DNA of 64,000 nucleotides from Escherichia coli (GTDB lineage Bacteria; Pseudomonadota; Gammaproteobacteria; Enterobacterales; Enterobacteriaceae): NCBI RefSeq assembly GCF_003334255.1, contig NZ_QOWU01000019.1; one strand, 5' to 3'. Shown piece by piece: positions 9,424 to 19,671 of this stretch (position 1 is its first letter; each line of letters starts with the position of its first letter). The notes under the pieces were generated by a model. It saw only the letters and a program-made list of their open reading frames with translations, ran no database searches and was not told where the DNA came from. The position numbers and the translations under genes were made by a program.

Positions 9424-11514
9424 TCAGAACTGATAGTTCAGCGACATCCAGTAATTTCGCTCAGGTATCACATATCCTGTTGTTGATGATCCCGTCTGGA
9501 AGTAATCACCGGCATACAGCGTACTCTTACCGGCACTGTACAGGCTCACGTCACTGTAATCCTTGTTGAGCAGGTTATTCACCGCAGCATTCAGCGTCAG
9601 GGCATCCGTCATCTTCCACGACAGACCTGCATCCACCACCGTCCAGGCTTTCAGGTATTCTCCTTTCTCATCATACACTTTCTTCTGTACAGCGCTCAGT
9701 GACGAATAATTCTGGGTGAAACGTGGTGTTTTCCCGCGATAACGGGCACCCAGCCATGATGCCACCTCTTCGGTGATCTGCCAGTTCAGTTTCGCATTCA
9801 CCATGTGTTCAGGGGTATAACTCAGCGGCGCACCTTTGTTATCACCATCACGTTGTTCACTTCGGGTCCAGGTGTAATTCAGTGACAGCGTGACATCCTC
9901 TGACCACAGCGGCAATGTGCCGGCAAATTCCACACCATGCAACCGGGCCTTTCCGCTGTTTACATAGCTATTGGTGTTATCATTTATGGAATAAGAGACA
10001 ATCTTGTTGGAGAAGTCAGTCATAAAACCTGTGACATTGGCATTCAGACCGGCGGGGTTATCGTAATACACCCCAGCCTCATAACTGACGCTCTCTTCCG
10101 GCTTCAGGTTGGGGTTACCAAGTAGATTTGTTTTTCCCTGCCCGGACACACCACTAATCCCTTTATGTAGCTGCCCCATTCTGGGTGCCTTATATCCCGT
10201 GGTCACACCGCCTTTCAGCGTCCAGGCATCTGCCACATCCCAGACCAGATATGCACGCGGACTGAAGTGTCCCCCGAATTGCTCATGATGTTCATAGCGG
10301 CTGCCCGCAGTCAGCGCAAGTGCATCCGTGAGATGCCACTCATCCTCAGCAAATACCGACCAGCTTTTCTGCCGGAAAGTTTCACCTGTGCTGGCAAGGA
10401 CAACTCCGTCTTTCATGGACGAGCTCTGAAACTCGCCCCCCACCGTAACCAGATGAGATTCTCCCAGAGGGGTAAGCAGTAATGAATTCAGGATAAGGTT
10501 CGATTCCTTAAGCTCCCGCGGCTGACCGGCAAGCCCCCATTTGTCGCGCTTCAGTACACTGCGTACGAGCTCACGACCTTTATTTTCTGTCTCGTTCCAG
10601 TTCAGATACGATTTCCATGTTCCGAAGGTGAAAGTATGATCATAGCCAGCTGAAATTTTGTTTCGCTCATAGCGCAGGGTCCGGTCATATCCCCCCGTCA
10701 GACTCCCCAGTTGCCCATCCCGGTTATCATAACGCTGCCGGGTGGTATCCATATCAAACCAGAGCACATCCTGCTCCGACGCCTTCCAGTCAAGACGTGC
10801 ACCAAGATTATAATTCTGTGACTCCGTGGGATAAGGAATACGCGTGGCTGCTGTATCGCTCAGTGATGTGACCGATGAGCCCTGACGCTGTTGTGTGCTA
10901 CCGCGTACCTGCAGGCTGACAGAATCATCCACAAGGGGACCACTGCTCCAGAAATTAAACTGGCTGCTGTTACCCCATTTGTTGCTTTCCTGCAGATTCA
11001 GCCCTGCATTGACGGAAGAGAGCCATTTGTCTGCATTCTTTCTGGTAATGATATTCACCACACCGCCCATCGCATCAGAGCCATACAGTGTGGACATCGG
11101 CCCCCTGATAACCTCAATACGCTCAATGGCGGCCAGAGGGGGCATGAACCCGGTATTCATGGCAGAAAAACCGTTGGGAGTCACGTCACTGCTTCCGCCC
11201 TGACGAACACCATCAATCAGTATCAGCGTGTAACTGGCTGGCATTCCTCGGATGCTGATTTCCAGCCCACCGGTTTTACCCGTACCACTTTCAACATCCA
11301 CACCCTCTACTGATCTCAGAGCCTCCGCCAGATCGTGGTACTGGCTGGACTGCAATTCCTCCTGGCTAATCACAGAAACACTGGCGGCTGCGTTAGTCAG
11401 CTTTTTCTCATAGCCGGATGCAGAGACAATCATCACATCCTCTGCAGCAGCTATGCTGCTGGCTGAAAATCCGAGACAGGGAATGACTACGGAAGCCAGA
11501 GTGGTTATTCGCAT
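9424..11514 (-). CDS. iha: TonB-dependent outer-membrane siderophore receptor / adhesin (IrgA-homologue adhesin Iha-like)
   Basis: 696 aa ORF with signal peptide, plug and beta-barrel regions and a C-terminal aromatic residue (…WMSLNYQF) typical of TonB-dependent receptors; length and N-terminus match my recollection of Iha; symbol less certain than product. Confidence 0.8.
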   Translation of the reverse strand: MRITTLASVVIPCLGFSASSIAAAEDVMIVSASGYEKKLTNAAASVSVISQEELQSSQYHDLAEALRSVEGVDVESGTGKTGGLEISIRGMPASYTLILIDGVRQGGSSDVTPNGFSAMNTGFMPPLAAIERIEVIRGPMSTLYGSDAMGGVVNIITRKNADKWLSSVNAGLNLQESNKWGNSSQFNFWSSGPLVDDSVSLQVRGSTQQRQGSSVTSLSDTAATRIPYPTESQNYNLGARLDWKASEQDVLWFDMDTTRQRYDNRDGQLGSLTGGYDRTLRYERNKISAGYDHTFTFGTWKSYLNWNETENKGRELVRSVLKRDKWGLAGQPRELKESNLILNSLLLTPLGESHLVTVGGEFQSSSMKDGVVLASTGETFRQKSWSVFAEDEWHLTDALALTAGSRYEHHEQFGGHFSPRAYLVWDVADAWTLKGGVTTGYKAPRMGQLHKGISGVSGQGKTNLLGNPNLKPEESVSYEAGVYYDNPAGLNANVTGFMTDFSNKIVSYSINDNTNSYVNSGKARLHGVEFAGTLPLWSEDVTLSLNYTWTRSEQRDGDNKGAPLSYTPEHMVNAKLNWQITEEVASWLGARYRGKTPRFTQNYSSLSAVQKKVYDEKGEYLKAWTVVDAGLSWKMTDALTLNAAVNNLLNKDYSDVSLYSAGKSTLYAGDYFQTGSSTTGYVIPERNYWMSLNYQF

Positions 11515-11566
11515 ATTACTAATCTCCGATCATGTTAACCGGCAAGACAATACACAAATACAAACA

Positions 11567-11584
11567 ATAATGAGAATAATTTAT
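11567..11584 (-). promoter_or_regulatory. Putative Fur box in the iha promoter region
   Basis: ATAATGAGAATAATTTAT resembles the Fur consensus GATAATGATAATCATTATC; lies ~55-70 bp upstream of the iha start in an AT-rich region. Confidence 0.45.
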
Positions 11585-14284
11585 ATTTACCTTTTACAAA
11601 AAATAAAGATTATTGACAAAACTAAATATAAATAACGACTGCCTCGGCATGCCAGTTAACAGCTATCCGTATGGCGTGTTCGGTTTTGCGAATAAAAAAT
11701 GGTTACTGTAGAAGCGGATTTCCACCACATGTCAACCATGAATGGTCAGTGGTGCGAGACGACTGGGATGATTTGGTCGATGACTTCTTCCGGCGAATAC
11801 TGATAGAAACATTGAAATATTGTAAGAGAAAGCGTTCAAAATTCTGTGGCACGTGAAAAATTCTACAGCGTCATCACCTTATTCAGTCGACCTTCAAAAT
11901 AAACGTTTAACAGAGACAATCACCATTTGGATTGTCCGCTGAGGAGGTGAACGATTTCCTAGACAGCTTTATCATGCCAGCCCACATTGTTGGCGCTGAC
12001 AATACTAAGGACAAACGATGGGGAAGTAGCTTTTTAGCGTTATTTTCGGGAGTAAAAAACGTGGTATCTTTCCGTATGTCAGTTGTATCTTGCTGGTATT
12101 CGTAGTCGTGATAGGGCATACAACGATATTTATCTTGACGTTAGTGAAGAATAAGTTGTTTTGTGATCTATGTTAATCTAGGATTACAATCCGGGCTTGA
12201 TACATCGCATCACGACTTTTATTCTCTTCAGAGTAGAATATGTTACTCCCCGTTTTACAGGCTCAGGATTTGAATTACAAATTATACTTTTAAGTGAACA
12301 ATAACCAGGGGTATTTCTTATTTCCTGAAACCAGGCTTGGCCCATTTCGGGATGAGTTTGAAAAAACTCTTGACGCATACGATAGTGATGAAATAAACGA
12401 AACAAATTACGTCAACAAACTCAGGCGTCTTGCCTGACATGCTCCTGACATCATTGATATTCACGCTCATCTGGCATATGCATTTGCGCTCTTTATGCTG
12501 CAATTCTGGCGAATGTTCATTTACAGCGTCATCAGGATGCCGTTATACTCATTGATAAAATACTAACATATAACCCTGAGAATAATCAGGGGACACGCTG
12601 GTTACTGGGGGCGGAATTGTTACGTGCTGGCAAGCATGACAGGGCTCTGTACGTATTGACAGGACATGTCAATGAATTTCCCCCCTACTGGTACGAGCTT
12701 GCTCTTTTACATTTTATGAATGAGGAATATATTAATGCTGCAACGGCATTTCGATATGGATTTTTAACAAGCATATATTGTTGAAATGCTTTGTTAGAAT
12801 CTTTATCCATTCCCTGGGGCTGTATAGTATGATTTTTCAGGTATTTCTGAATACTGCCAAATATTATTGCAAAATATTCTCTAAATTATGAATTAAATAT
12901 CCATAAGCATTATTGCCTGGGAACTGGACATATAATCACTCTTCTGTGCTAAAGGAATGTTCTGAAATGTTTAAGTGTGCAGAGATGTTGATGGTGGAAG
13001 AAGATGATAAAGTATGTGAACTTATTTTTAAACAACAAGATAATTTGATTTTAAAAATAAATCATAGATTTCCCAGAATAATTATAAAGAAATACCGAAC
13101 ATTACAAGGTAAAGTCGTATGGCTATGGATATTGCCATTTGTTATTGAATGGTTAAGTGTGCGCACTTTGGGCGCAAACAGTTAGTGAAGTAAAAGTAAA
13201 TATCATGATTATTGTTTGTTAAGGAGTGAGATGCCTGTGCGTCTGGTGTCTATTATATTCCCATCATTATTGGCGCTATTTTTGCTGGCGTAGGCATCGC
13301 CACACTATGAATATTGTGTTTGTCGTGATTCAATTTTTATTTATAACCTCTACCCGGAGCAAATTCAGGTAGGTCATGCATAAAAATATCTTTCTATACT
13401 ACGAAACTACGAAACTACGAAAATTATTTTTGTGAAAGTATTGACAACGCTAACTATTTTTAATTATATATTCATGGTGCTCTAGGCATCACATTTTCTC
13501 CATGGGGTATTCCCTCCGCCGGCACTATGTGTTGCTGGCGTTTTTTTTATCAATTCTTACTTTTTAATCCCACTGTCCTTTCCACCAGAAACATACCTCG
13601 TTTCTACTGTATTTTGAGAATATAGTTCCCAGAATACCAATTATATATAATACGTTGTAATATATGTATTCCAATTAAAGCCGTTATTATAATAATTATC
13701 ATATATGGTTCTTTTCATGTTGATTTCGTCAGAAACAGAAAATGCTGATGATGAATTGTGAATAATCAAACTGACCTCTAATTATCCTGTATGGAGTAGT
13801 GCTTATTTTCGACTCAATTTCTACTGATTATATTATGGTTATCAGTACAGTGGGTTATGAAAAACGGACTGGATCTGCCAGCAGTGCTTCTATTATTCTT
13901 CAAAAAGAACTTCAGCCGGACAATGCTATAATCCAGGGAAAGGCTATAAGCTCTGTTGGACGGAATGTGGAAATCAGCACTGGTAAAAAGGGGAACTGAC
14001 ATTAACACAAGAAGGATTCCTGCAAGCAACTGCTTATCTGTCCGGAACGCAGAATTAAAGCATGACCACACAGGAGCCAGAATACTGTGGTCGTACGCAT
14101 TCAGTATTGTGACAACTAATAGAAATAAAAATCTGGCCGGTGCGAATATTAAACGATGCGATACCGTATAGTGTAAGTCAAAAGTAACGGGGTATTTAAA
14201 CCATCTTTTCATATTTATTTAATATAATGCAGATTCTGATGTATTAGTTCAGTTGTTCGCCAGAATCAGCGCTCGATCACTATG

Positions 14285-14830
14285 CGTTTTAGCAGTGTGC
14301 TGAAGAAGTTCTTCATCACTGCGTTATTCAGACCGTTTCCTTTGTGCGGCATATTTTGTGCTACTCCATGGGGCTTTAACTTTGCCTATAGCCTGCGATT
14401 CGATATTGCCAACCCTGATCCATATGCAGCGACGGGGCATCCTCTGGCCGGGCACTGTGAATGCATCGTATAGCATCGTATTAACGATGCTCCATCACCG
14501 ACCTTTCTGACAAGCTGTAGGAGATAATTTCCCGGTTAAACAGATCGGAGAACTGGCGACAGGTACCACTTTTCCCCTGTACCGAGAACTCTGTAACATC
14601 CGCCCCCATTTTTCGTTGGCCTTTGTCAAAGTTCCGGCTCAGGATATTGGGCGCAGATCACTTATTTGGTGGACACCACTTTGTCGGATGCTTCAGATTA
14701 TGACCAGATGGATTTCGCTGGACGCTTACGATTACATGCACCATATTGTCAACGATTACGCCACTGAGTGTATGACACACATTAAAGCGTTAGGCTCAGG
14801 CCTTATTACAATGTCATGCTAGTGGGCTTG
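14285..14830 (-). pseudogene. Degraded IS3-family transposase (OrfB/integrase core) remnant
   Basis: Minus-strand translation in shifting frames gives IS3-type integrase motifs (…NNAVMKNFFSTL…, an HSD…WQY-like stretch) interrupted by stops and frameshifts; boundaries approximate. Confidence 0.35.
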
Positions 14831-14951
14831 TACGCCGTAAATATCTGCATGATACCAGAATGACCGGCAAGCTCGTCAGTGGATATAAAGAAAATCAAGT
14901 GCGCTGATAACGATGCCACATCTGTGGTTGGTGGCAATATGCAGATTGTTG

Positions 14952-15146
14952 TTATTTGTCTTCATTGCATTCTAAGAAGTGTTTCTTATCAGACCTGATT
15001 TTTTTGCCATTATTTTTAATGAGGTCTTCAAGTGGAAAATAGGTTAGGCGTTCATGTGGCAGCGCGGCACGTCCCCATTTAGTGGCAAACTCCCGTTGGC
15101 GTGCCTGTAACAGTTGCTCCAGCCTTTTTATTTTGTTCTCATTCAT
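14952..15146 (-). CDS. Hypothetical small protein (64 aa), member of a tandem array of three related small ORFs
   Basis: ORF with charged, coiled-coil-like sequence (KIKRLEQLLQARQREF); third of three co-oriented small ORFs. Confidence 0.3.
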   Translation of the reverse strand: MNENKIKRLEQLLQARQREFATKWGRAALPHERLTYFPLEDLIKNNGKKIRSDKKHFLECNEDK

Positions 15147-15199
15147 CCGGTTTTCCTCGTATGCTGCATCACACCACTGTGCTAATGAAAAATGTAATC

Positions 15200-15377
15200 A
15201 GTGTGGTGGACGTGTTTTATCCGCATTGGAATTGTCGTCAACTAAAGGAGATGAGGCCCGTTTGTATCGCAATGGGTCTATGGCGCTCATGCCCGTTTGC
15301 TGTTCGATAATGGCTTCTCTGAGCATACGGTGTTGCAGTTCTCGTAAAAACTTTGCGTCTTCTGGTGATAAATCCAT
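15200..15377 (-). CDS. Hypothetical small protein (59 aa), tandem paralog
   Basis: Manually translated (below the ORF-track length cutoff): MDLSPEDAKFLRELQHRMLREAIIEQQTGMSAIDPLRYKRASSPLVDDNSNADKTRPPH; its C-terminal codons (…KTRPP-stop) are near-identical in nucleotide sequence to those of the ORF at 15474-15671. Confidence 0.3.
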
Positions 15378-15473
15378 TGTTATTACTCGTAAAGCAATGC
15401 GCTGTAGTGCCTTACGCTACCGCGCTGATGGTTCTTATCCGTTTTATTGAATCGGAGAACAAACTGTGAGCTA

Positions 15474-15671
15474 TCAGCCTGGTGGTCTGGTTTTGCCTGA
15501 TTTAAGCCGCCGTGGGTATTTGTCCAAGAATGCTTCAAGCTCCAATCGTTTTGGCCTGGTGAATGGAGATGGGTTAAGCAAAGACTCTCGTTGCTGGTGT
15601 ACTTTTTCGCGCTGGCGCTCAAGTATGGATAATGCGATTGCCTGTAGTTCTTCGTTAGTCATTGTCTGCAC
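15474..15671 (-). CDS. Hypothetical small protein (65 aa), tandem paralog
   Basis: ORF ending …KSGKTRPPG; shares C-terminal nucleotide/protein similarity with the 15200-15377 ORF. Confidence 0.3.
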   Translation of the reverse strand: MQTMTNEELQAIALSILERQREKVHQQRESLLNPSPFTRPKRLELEAFLDKYPRRLKSGKTRPPG

Positions 15672-16397
15672 CTGGAAAGCAATTTACCGGAGTACCTCAC
15701 ACTACGACAAAAATGTTTTTATTGTTGCAACTTGCGTAATTATTCAGGTCAGTTTGGAACGCACTGTATAAACATAAATAACCTGATACTGTTGTGTGTT
15801 TTCAAAGAAAACACAGGTATTTTTCACATAAACCTTCCCCTTTTCATATCCGACCACTTAATCAAAAAACGGTTTTATACTTGTTGCCCCCACTGGGGTT
15901 AAATGTGAGACATGTCGCACTTTGTGCCATGTGTCCTCGCTGATTTTAGGCGCGGTTCATTCATTCTTTCTGTTGGCATAAAGTATGGTATCGGTTGGGC
16001 GAATGAAAGGGACTCGGGTCATGGTCAGACAATACCTGAGGCGTTAATTCGTTGAAAGAGATTGTGAATGGGGGAATAACTGAGTCTTAACTGCTGTGCG
16101 ATAGCCCGGACAGATAATTGCTCGTCGAATCTGAGACGTAATGAGTCTGGCAAATAAGTGCGAAAGCCGGTGATATCTAGTGTTGTTTGAGAGTTCATCG
16201 TTCGAGTCCATTAATACAGATGGACGCGATTGTTGCCAGACAGGATAATTTTCACAAGACGTCGCTGATGGGGCGCTTACAAGAAAATGAAATATAAGAG
16301 AAGAGCAACGGGTGAAGAAAAGTTCAAAAAATGGCTGCGGGTAGGAAGGAAACGACCGGATGGAAAGAGTCCCCCCTAAAGCAGGCTGACAGACATC

Positions 16398-16416
16398 ACA
16401 AATCTCCGGCTGGTTA
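16398..16416. repeat. IS50/Tn5-like (IS4-family) terminal inverted repeat, solo end
   Basis: Minus-strand sequence CTGTCTCTTATACACAAAT matches the IS50 outside end / Tn5 mosaic end at 17 of 19 positions; no partner end found within ~1.6 kb. Confidence 0.35.
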
Positions 16417-16466
16417 TTTGTGTATAAGAGACAGCTGAGCTGGAGGGGACCTTTTATGCGCTATTT

Positions 16467-17513
16467 TTATGCCGAATCCGCTAAAACAAACATCCCGTAA
16501 GGATGGATTTCGAGGTAATAGTGCTCACCAGTATCGGGCTGTAAACGAGTGGCGTTGACTTGCAATAAAATCTCCTGACCATGCCATTCTACGGTCACTT
16601 CGTACTGCGGCCCCATGTAAGCGACATGGCGAATAACACAACGCTGACTCTCTTCGCCGTGATTGCTTAAGGTGATGGCTTCCGGGCGAACGCCGACGGT
16701 GCCTCTACCTTGCACCGGGAAATACGCCGCGCGCGGCAGGCGATAACCGTAGATATCGACATACTCTTCGCTAAAGTTCGCCGGTAACAGGTTGGCGTCG
16801 CCCATAAAACTTGCCATAAAGCGGGAGGCGGGCTGACGATAGAGCTCCTGCGGTGAACCGATCTGCATGATGTGACCTTTATTCATCACCAGTACAGTGT
16901 CGGACACCGCGAAAGCTTCACTTTGATCGTGAGTCACGTAGAGCGACGTGATATTAAACTGCTTTTGCAGCTCGCGGATCTTATCGCGCATACTGCGGCG
17001 CAGGTTGGCATCGAGGTTACTTAACGGCTCATCAAACAGCAGCACCTTTGGCTTGAGGATCAACGCACGGGCCAGAGCCACACGCTGTTGCTGACCGCCG
17101 GAAATCTGATCGACATAGCGGTCTTCGAATCCTTCCAGATCCACCATTGCCAGCGCATCTTTCACCCGCTGCTTCACTTCATTACGCGACACGCCAAGCA
17201 TTTTCAGCCCATAGCCAACGTTTTCGCCCAGCGACATATGTGGGAACAGAGCGTATGACTGAAACACCATGCAGATATCGCGTTGCTGAATGGAACGATG
17301 CGTGACATCTTCGCCATCTATAAAAATTTGCCCTTCGCTCGGTTTTTCCAGCCCGGCAACCAGACGCAGAATGGTGGTTTTGCCGCATCCGGAAGGACCG
17401 AGCAGCGTAACCATTTGCCCTTGTGGGATGGTGAGATTGATATTGTCGATAACCATATTACTGCCGAATCGTTTAGTGACGTTGCGCAGTTCCACAAAAT
17501 TTTTCTGACTCAT
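16467..17513 (-). CDS. afuC: ABC transporter ATP-binding protein (AfuC/FbpC)
   Basis: Walker [13 protein letters not shown] signature [15 protein letters not shown], Walker B LLFDEPLS; start set at [12 protein letters not shown] (the track's upstream start at 17525 is an alternative). Confidence 0.85.
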   Translation of the reverse strand: MSQKNFVELRNVTKRFGSNMVIDNINLTIPQGQMVTLLGPSGCGKTTILRLVAGLEKPSEGQIFIDGEDVTHRSIQQRDICMVFQSYALFPHMSLGENVGYGLKMLGVSRNEVKQRVKDALAMVDLEGFEDRYVDQISGGQQQRVALARALILKPKVLLFDEPLSNLDANLRRSMRDKIRELQKQFNITSLYVTHDQSEAFAVSDTVLVMNKGHIMQIGSPQELYRQPASRFMASFMGDANLLPANFSEEYVDIYGYRLPRAAYFPVQGRGTVGVRPEAITLSNHGEESQRCVIRHVAYMGPQYEVTVEWHGQEILLQVNATRLQPDTGEHYYLEIHPYGMFVLADSA

Positions 17514-17524
17514 AGTGCGCTCCA

Positions 17525-19603
17525 TTACGCCTGGTTTTTGGCTTTAGAACGGGAAATACGTGCTTCACCGATCAGCCAGTCAAAGAGGAAAATAATCGCC
17601 AGCATCACCACGATCAGAATCGAACCGTAGGCGATGGCTACGCCATATTCGCCGTCTTCTACGCGGTTAAGGATGTAGGCGGTTGCCACGCGGGTGTCCG
17701 GCGTGACGAGAAAGACGATGGCGCTGACCGTCGTGATAGCCCGCACAAAGCTGTAAATCAGGGCCGAGAGAATAGCTGGGCGTAATAACGGCAGTAAAAT
17801 GTGCGTAATGGTTCGCAGGGAACCTGCACGCAGGCTAAGTGAGGCTTCATCCAGCGATTTGTCGATCTGCCCCAGACCTGCAATCCCGGCGCGAATACCC
17901 ACCGGAACGTTACGCATCACCATCGAGATAATCACAATTGCTGCCGTTCCGGTGAGATAGACTGGGGCGCTATTAAAGGCAAGAATATACGAGACACCCG
18001 CCACTGTACCCGGTACGGCAAAGCACAACATGGTGGTGAACTCGATGGTCTTTTTGCCTTTGAATTGTTGGCGCACCACCACCCAGGCGATGAGCAGGCC
18101 AAAAATAGCGGTAATGGGTGCGGCAATCCCGGCGTAGAGCAAGGTATCTAACAGTGAAGGCCACGCGCCGTCGCTCATCCCCTGACCAAATAACTTGATA
18201 AAGTTATCCAGCGTTAGGGTGTAGTCCACGCCCCAGTTCACGGTGAAGCTGCCGTAGAAAATGCTGCCATAGAGCAGGGCGTTAAAGGCAATCCATATCG
18301 CAAGTATGGCGACCACGCTACACACCAGGGTGACCGGTAGTGGCTGGACATCGCCGCGGTAGGACTTTCCGGAAACCGTGACGTAAGAGCGTTTACCAAT
18401 CCACATATACTGGACGCAGAACACCAGTAGCGAGAACAGCAGCAGGAAAGCGCCAAGGGTGCTGGCGGCCTGATAATCCAGCTGCGAGCCGGTAATGTAG
18501 AAGTAAATTTGCGTCGCCAGTACGTCGAAGTTGCCGCCAAGCACCAGCGGGTTACTGAAGTCAGCCAGTGACTGCACCACGACGATTAAAAAGGCATTGG
18601 CAAGCGCGGGCTTTAACAACGGCACAAACACACCGCTAAAGGTTTGCCAGCGGCTGGCGCGTAGGGTGTAGGAGGCTTCTTCCAGCGAGGGATGAATGGT
18701 TTTAATGGCCCCATCGAGGATCATAAAAGCCATTGGCGTAAATGCCAGGACCTGTGCCAGCCAGATCCCGGTAAAACCATACAGCCAGTTGGTGTTGGTC
18801 AGCCCAAACCACTCCACCATAAATTCCGTTATGTAGCCGGAGCGCCCCATCATGAGCGTAACGCCTAAGCCGACCACAAACGGTGGCGTGACAATTGGCA
18901 GAATGGAAAAGATGCGGCCGATTACGGCGCTGCGTTTAGCGATGCGCGTGGTATATATCGCCAGCACCAGACCGAAGAAAGTGCAGCCAATACCCACCGC
19001 TATCGATAAGACGATAGAGTTGACGATCACCTGAATGATATGGGCCTGCGAGAGCACATTCATAAACGCCAGTGGGGCGAACTCTCCCGCGTCGTTGGCG
19101 AACATCGGGATAAAAATGGCGATGCTCGGCCAGACGATAAAAATGCCAATCAGCGCCACAATCGCAATCAGCGAGCCGATCACAAAGCGGTCGCCACCCA
19201 GCCATTCGAGGCGGGTTAAGGCCAGCGTCATTATCGCGCTTAATTCGATAAACAGCACGATGGCGGCGTAGCCTAGACCGCGGCCAACGATGGTAGCACT
19301 GATGACCATAAACGCTATACAAAGCAATGCCCAGCCGGCATCAAAATAATGACGGCTACGCTGCTCGCGTTTGGCCTCATTAAACGGGCGAACCAGCAGC
19401 AAACTCGGGAGTAAATACCACAGCCAGCTGATATTAAAATGCGACCAGCTGTACGCCTCGAGGATCTCATCACTCGTGGACTCCAGCAGACCATAATCGA
19501 GGCTCCAGCTCGGCAACAGGATAAATGCCAGCCAGCCCAGCAAAACCCAAAGGAAAATCGCATCCCGCTTTTTCGCGGGATGGAGTGCAAGTGTCTGTGA
19601 CAT
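17525..19603 (-). CDS. afuB: ABC transporter permease, fused two-domain type (AfuB/FbpB)
   Basis: ~690 aa polytopic membrane protein between afuA and afuC; start set at the ATG at 19603 (the track's 19660 is a GTG alternative). Confidence 0.8.
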   Translation of the reverse strand: MSQTLALHPAKKRDAIFLWVLLGWLAFILLPSWSLDYGLLESTSDEILEAYSWSHFNISWLWYLLPSLLLVRPFNEAKREQRSRHYFDAGWALLCIAFMVISATIVGRGLGYAAIVLFIELSAIMTLALTRLEWLGGDRFVIGSLIAIVALIGIFIVWPSIAIFIPMFANDAGEFAPLAFMNVLSQAHIIQVIVNSIVLSIAVGIGCTFFGLVLAIYTTRIAKRSAVIGRIFSILPIVTPPFVVGLGVTLMMGRSGYITEFMVEWFGLTNTNWLYGFTGIWLAQVLAFTPMAFMILDGAIKTIHPSLEEASYTLRASRWQTFSGVFVPLLKPALANAFLIVVVQSLADFSNPLVLGGNFDVLATQIYFYITGSQLDYQAASTLGAFLLLFSLLVFCVQYMWIGKRSYVTVSGKSYRGDVQPLPVTLVCSVVAILAIWIAFNALLYGSIFYGSFTVNWGVDYTLTLDNFIKLFGQGMSDGAWPSLLDTLLYAGIAAPITAIFGLLIAWVVVRQQFKGKKTIEFTTMLCFAVPGTVAGVSYILAFNSAPVYLTGTAAIVIISMVMRNVPVGIRAGIAGLGQIDKSLDEASLSLRAGSLRTITHILLPLLRPAILSALIYSFVRAITTVSAIVFLVTPDTRVATAYILNRVEDGEYGVAIAYGSILIVVMLAIIFLFDWLIGEARISRSKAKNQA

Positions 19604-19671
19604 AGCAGTTCCGGTATGGTTGGCCGGGGCAGGCGTCTGTGCTGCACCCGGCAAGTGCACACAATACGGGT

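Noticed and set aside
13814-14212. 132-aa minus-strand ORF overlapping the 13956-14171 paralog
   Set aside because: Its similarity to the ORF on the opposite strand of copy 1 (7070-7300) comes from DNA homology; the other frame (KNLA…RRCDT) is better conserved between the two copies, so this frame is more likely non-coding.
15082-15450. 122-aa plus-strand ORF across the tandem small-ORF region
   Set aside because: Cys/Ser-rich low-complexity translation antisense to the three small ORFs; judged an antisense artefact (low confidence either way).
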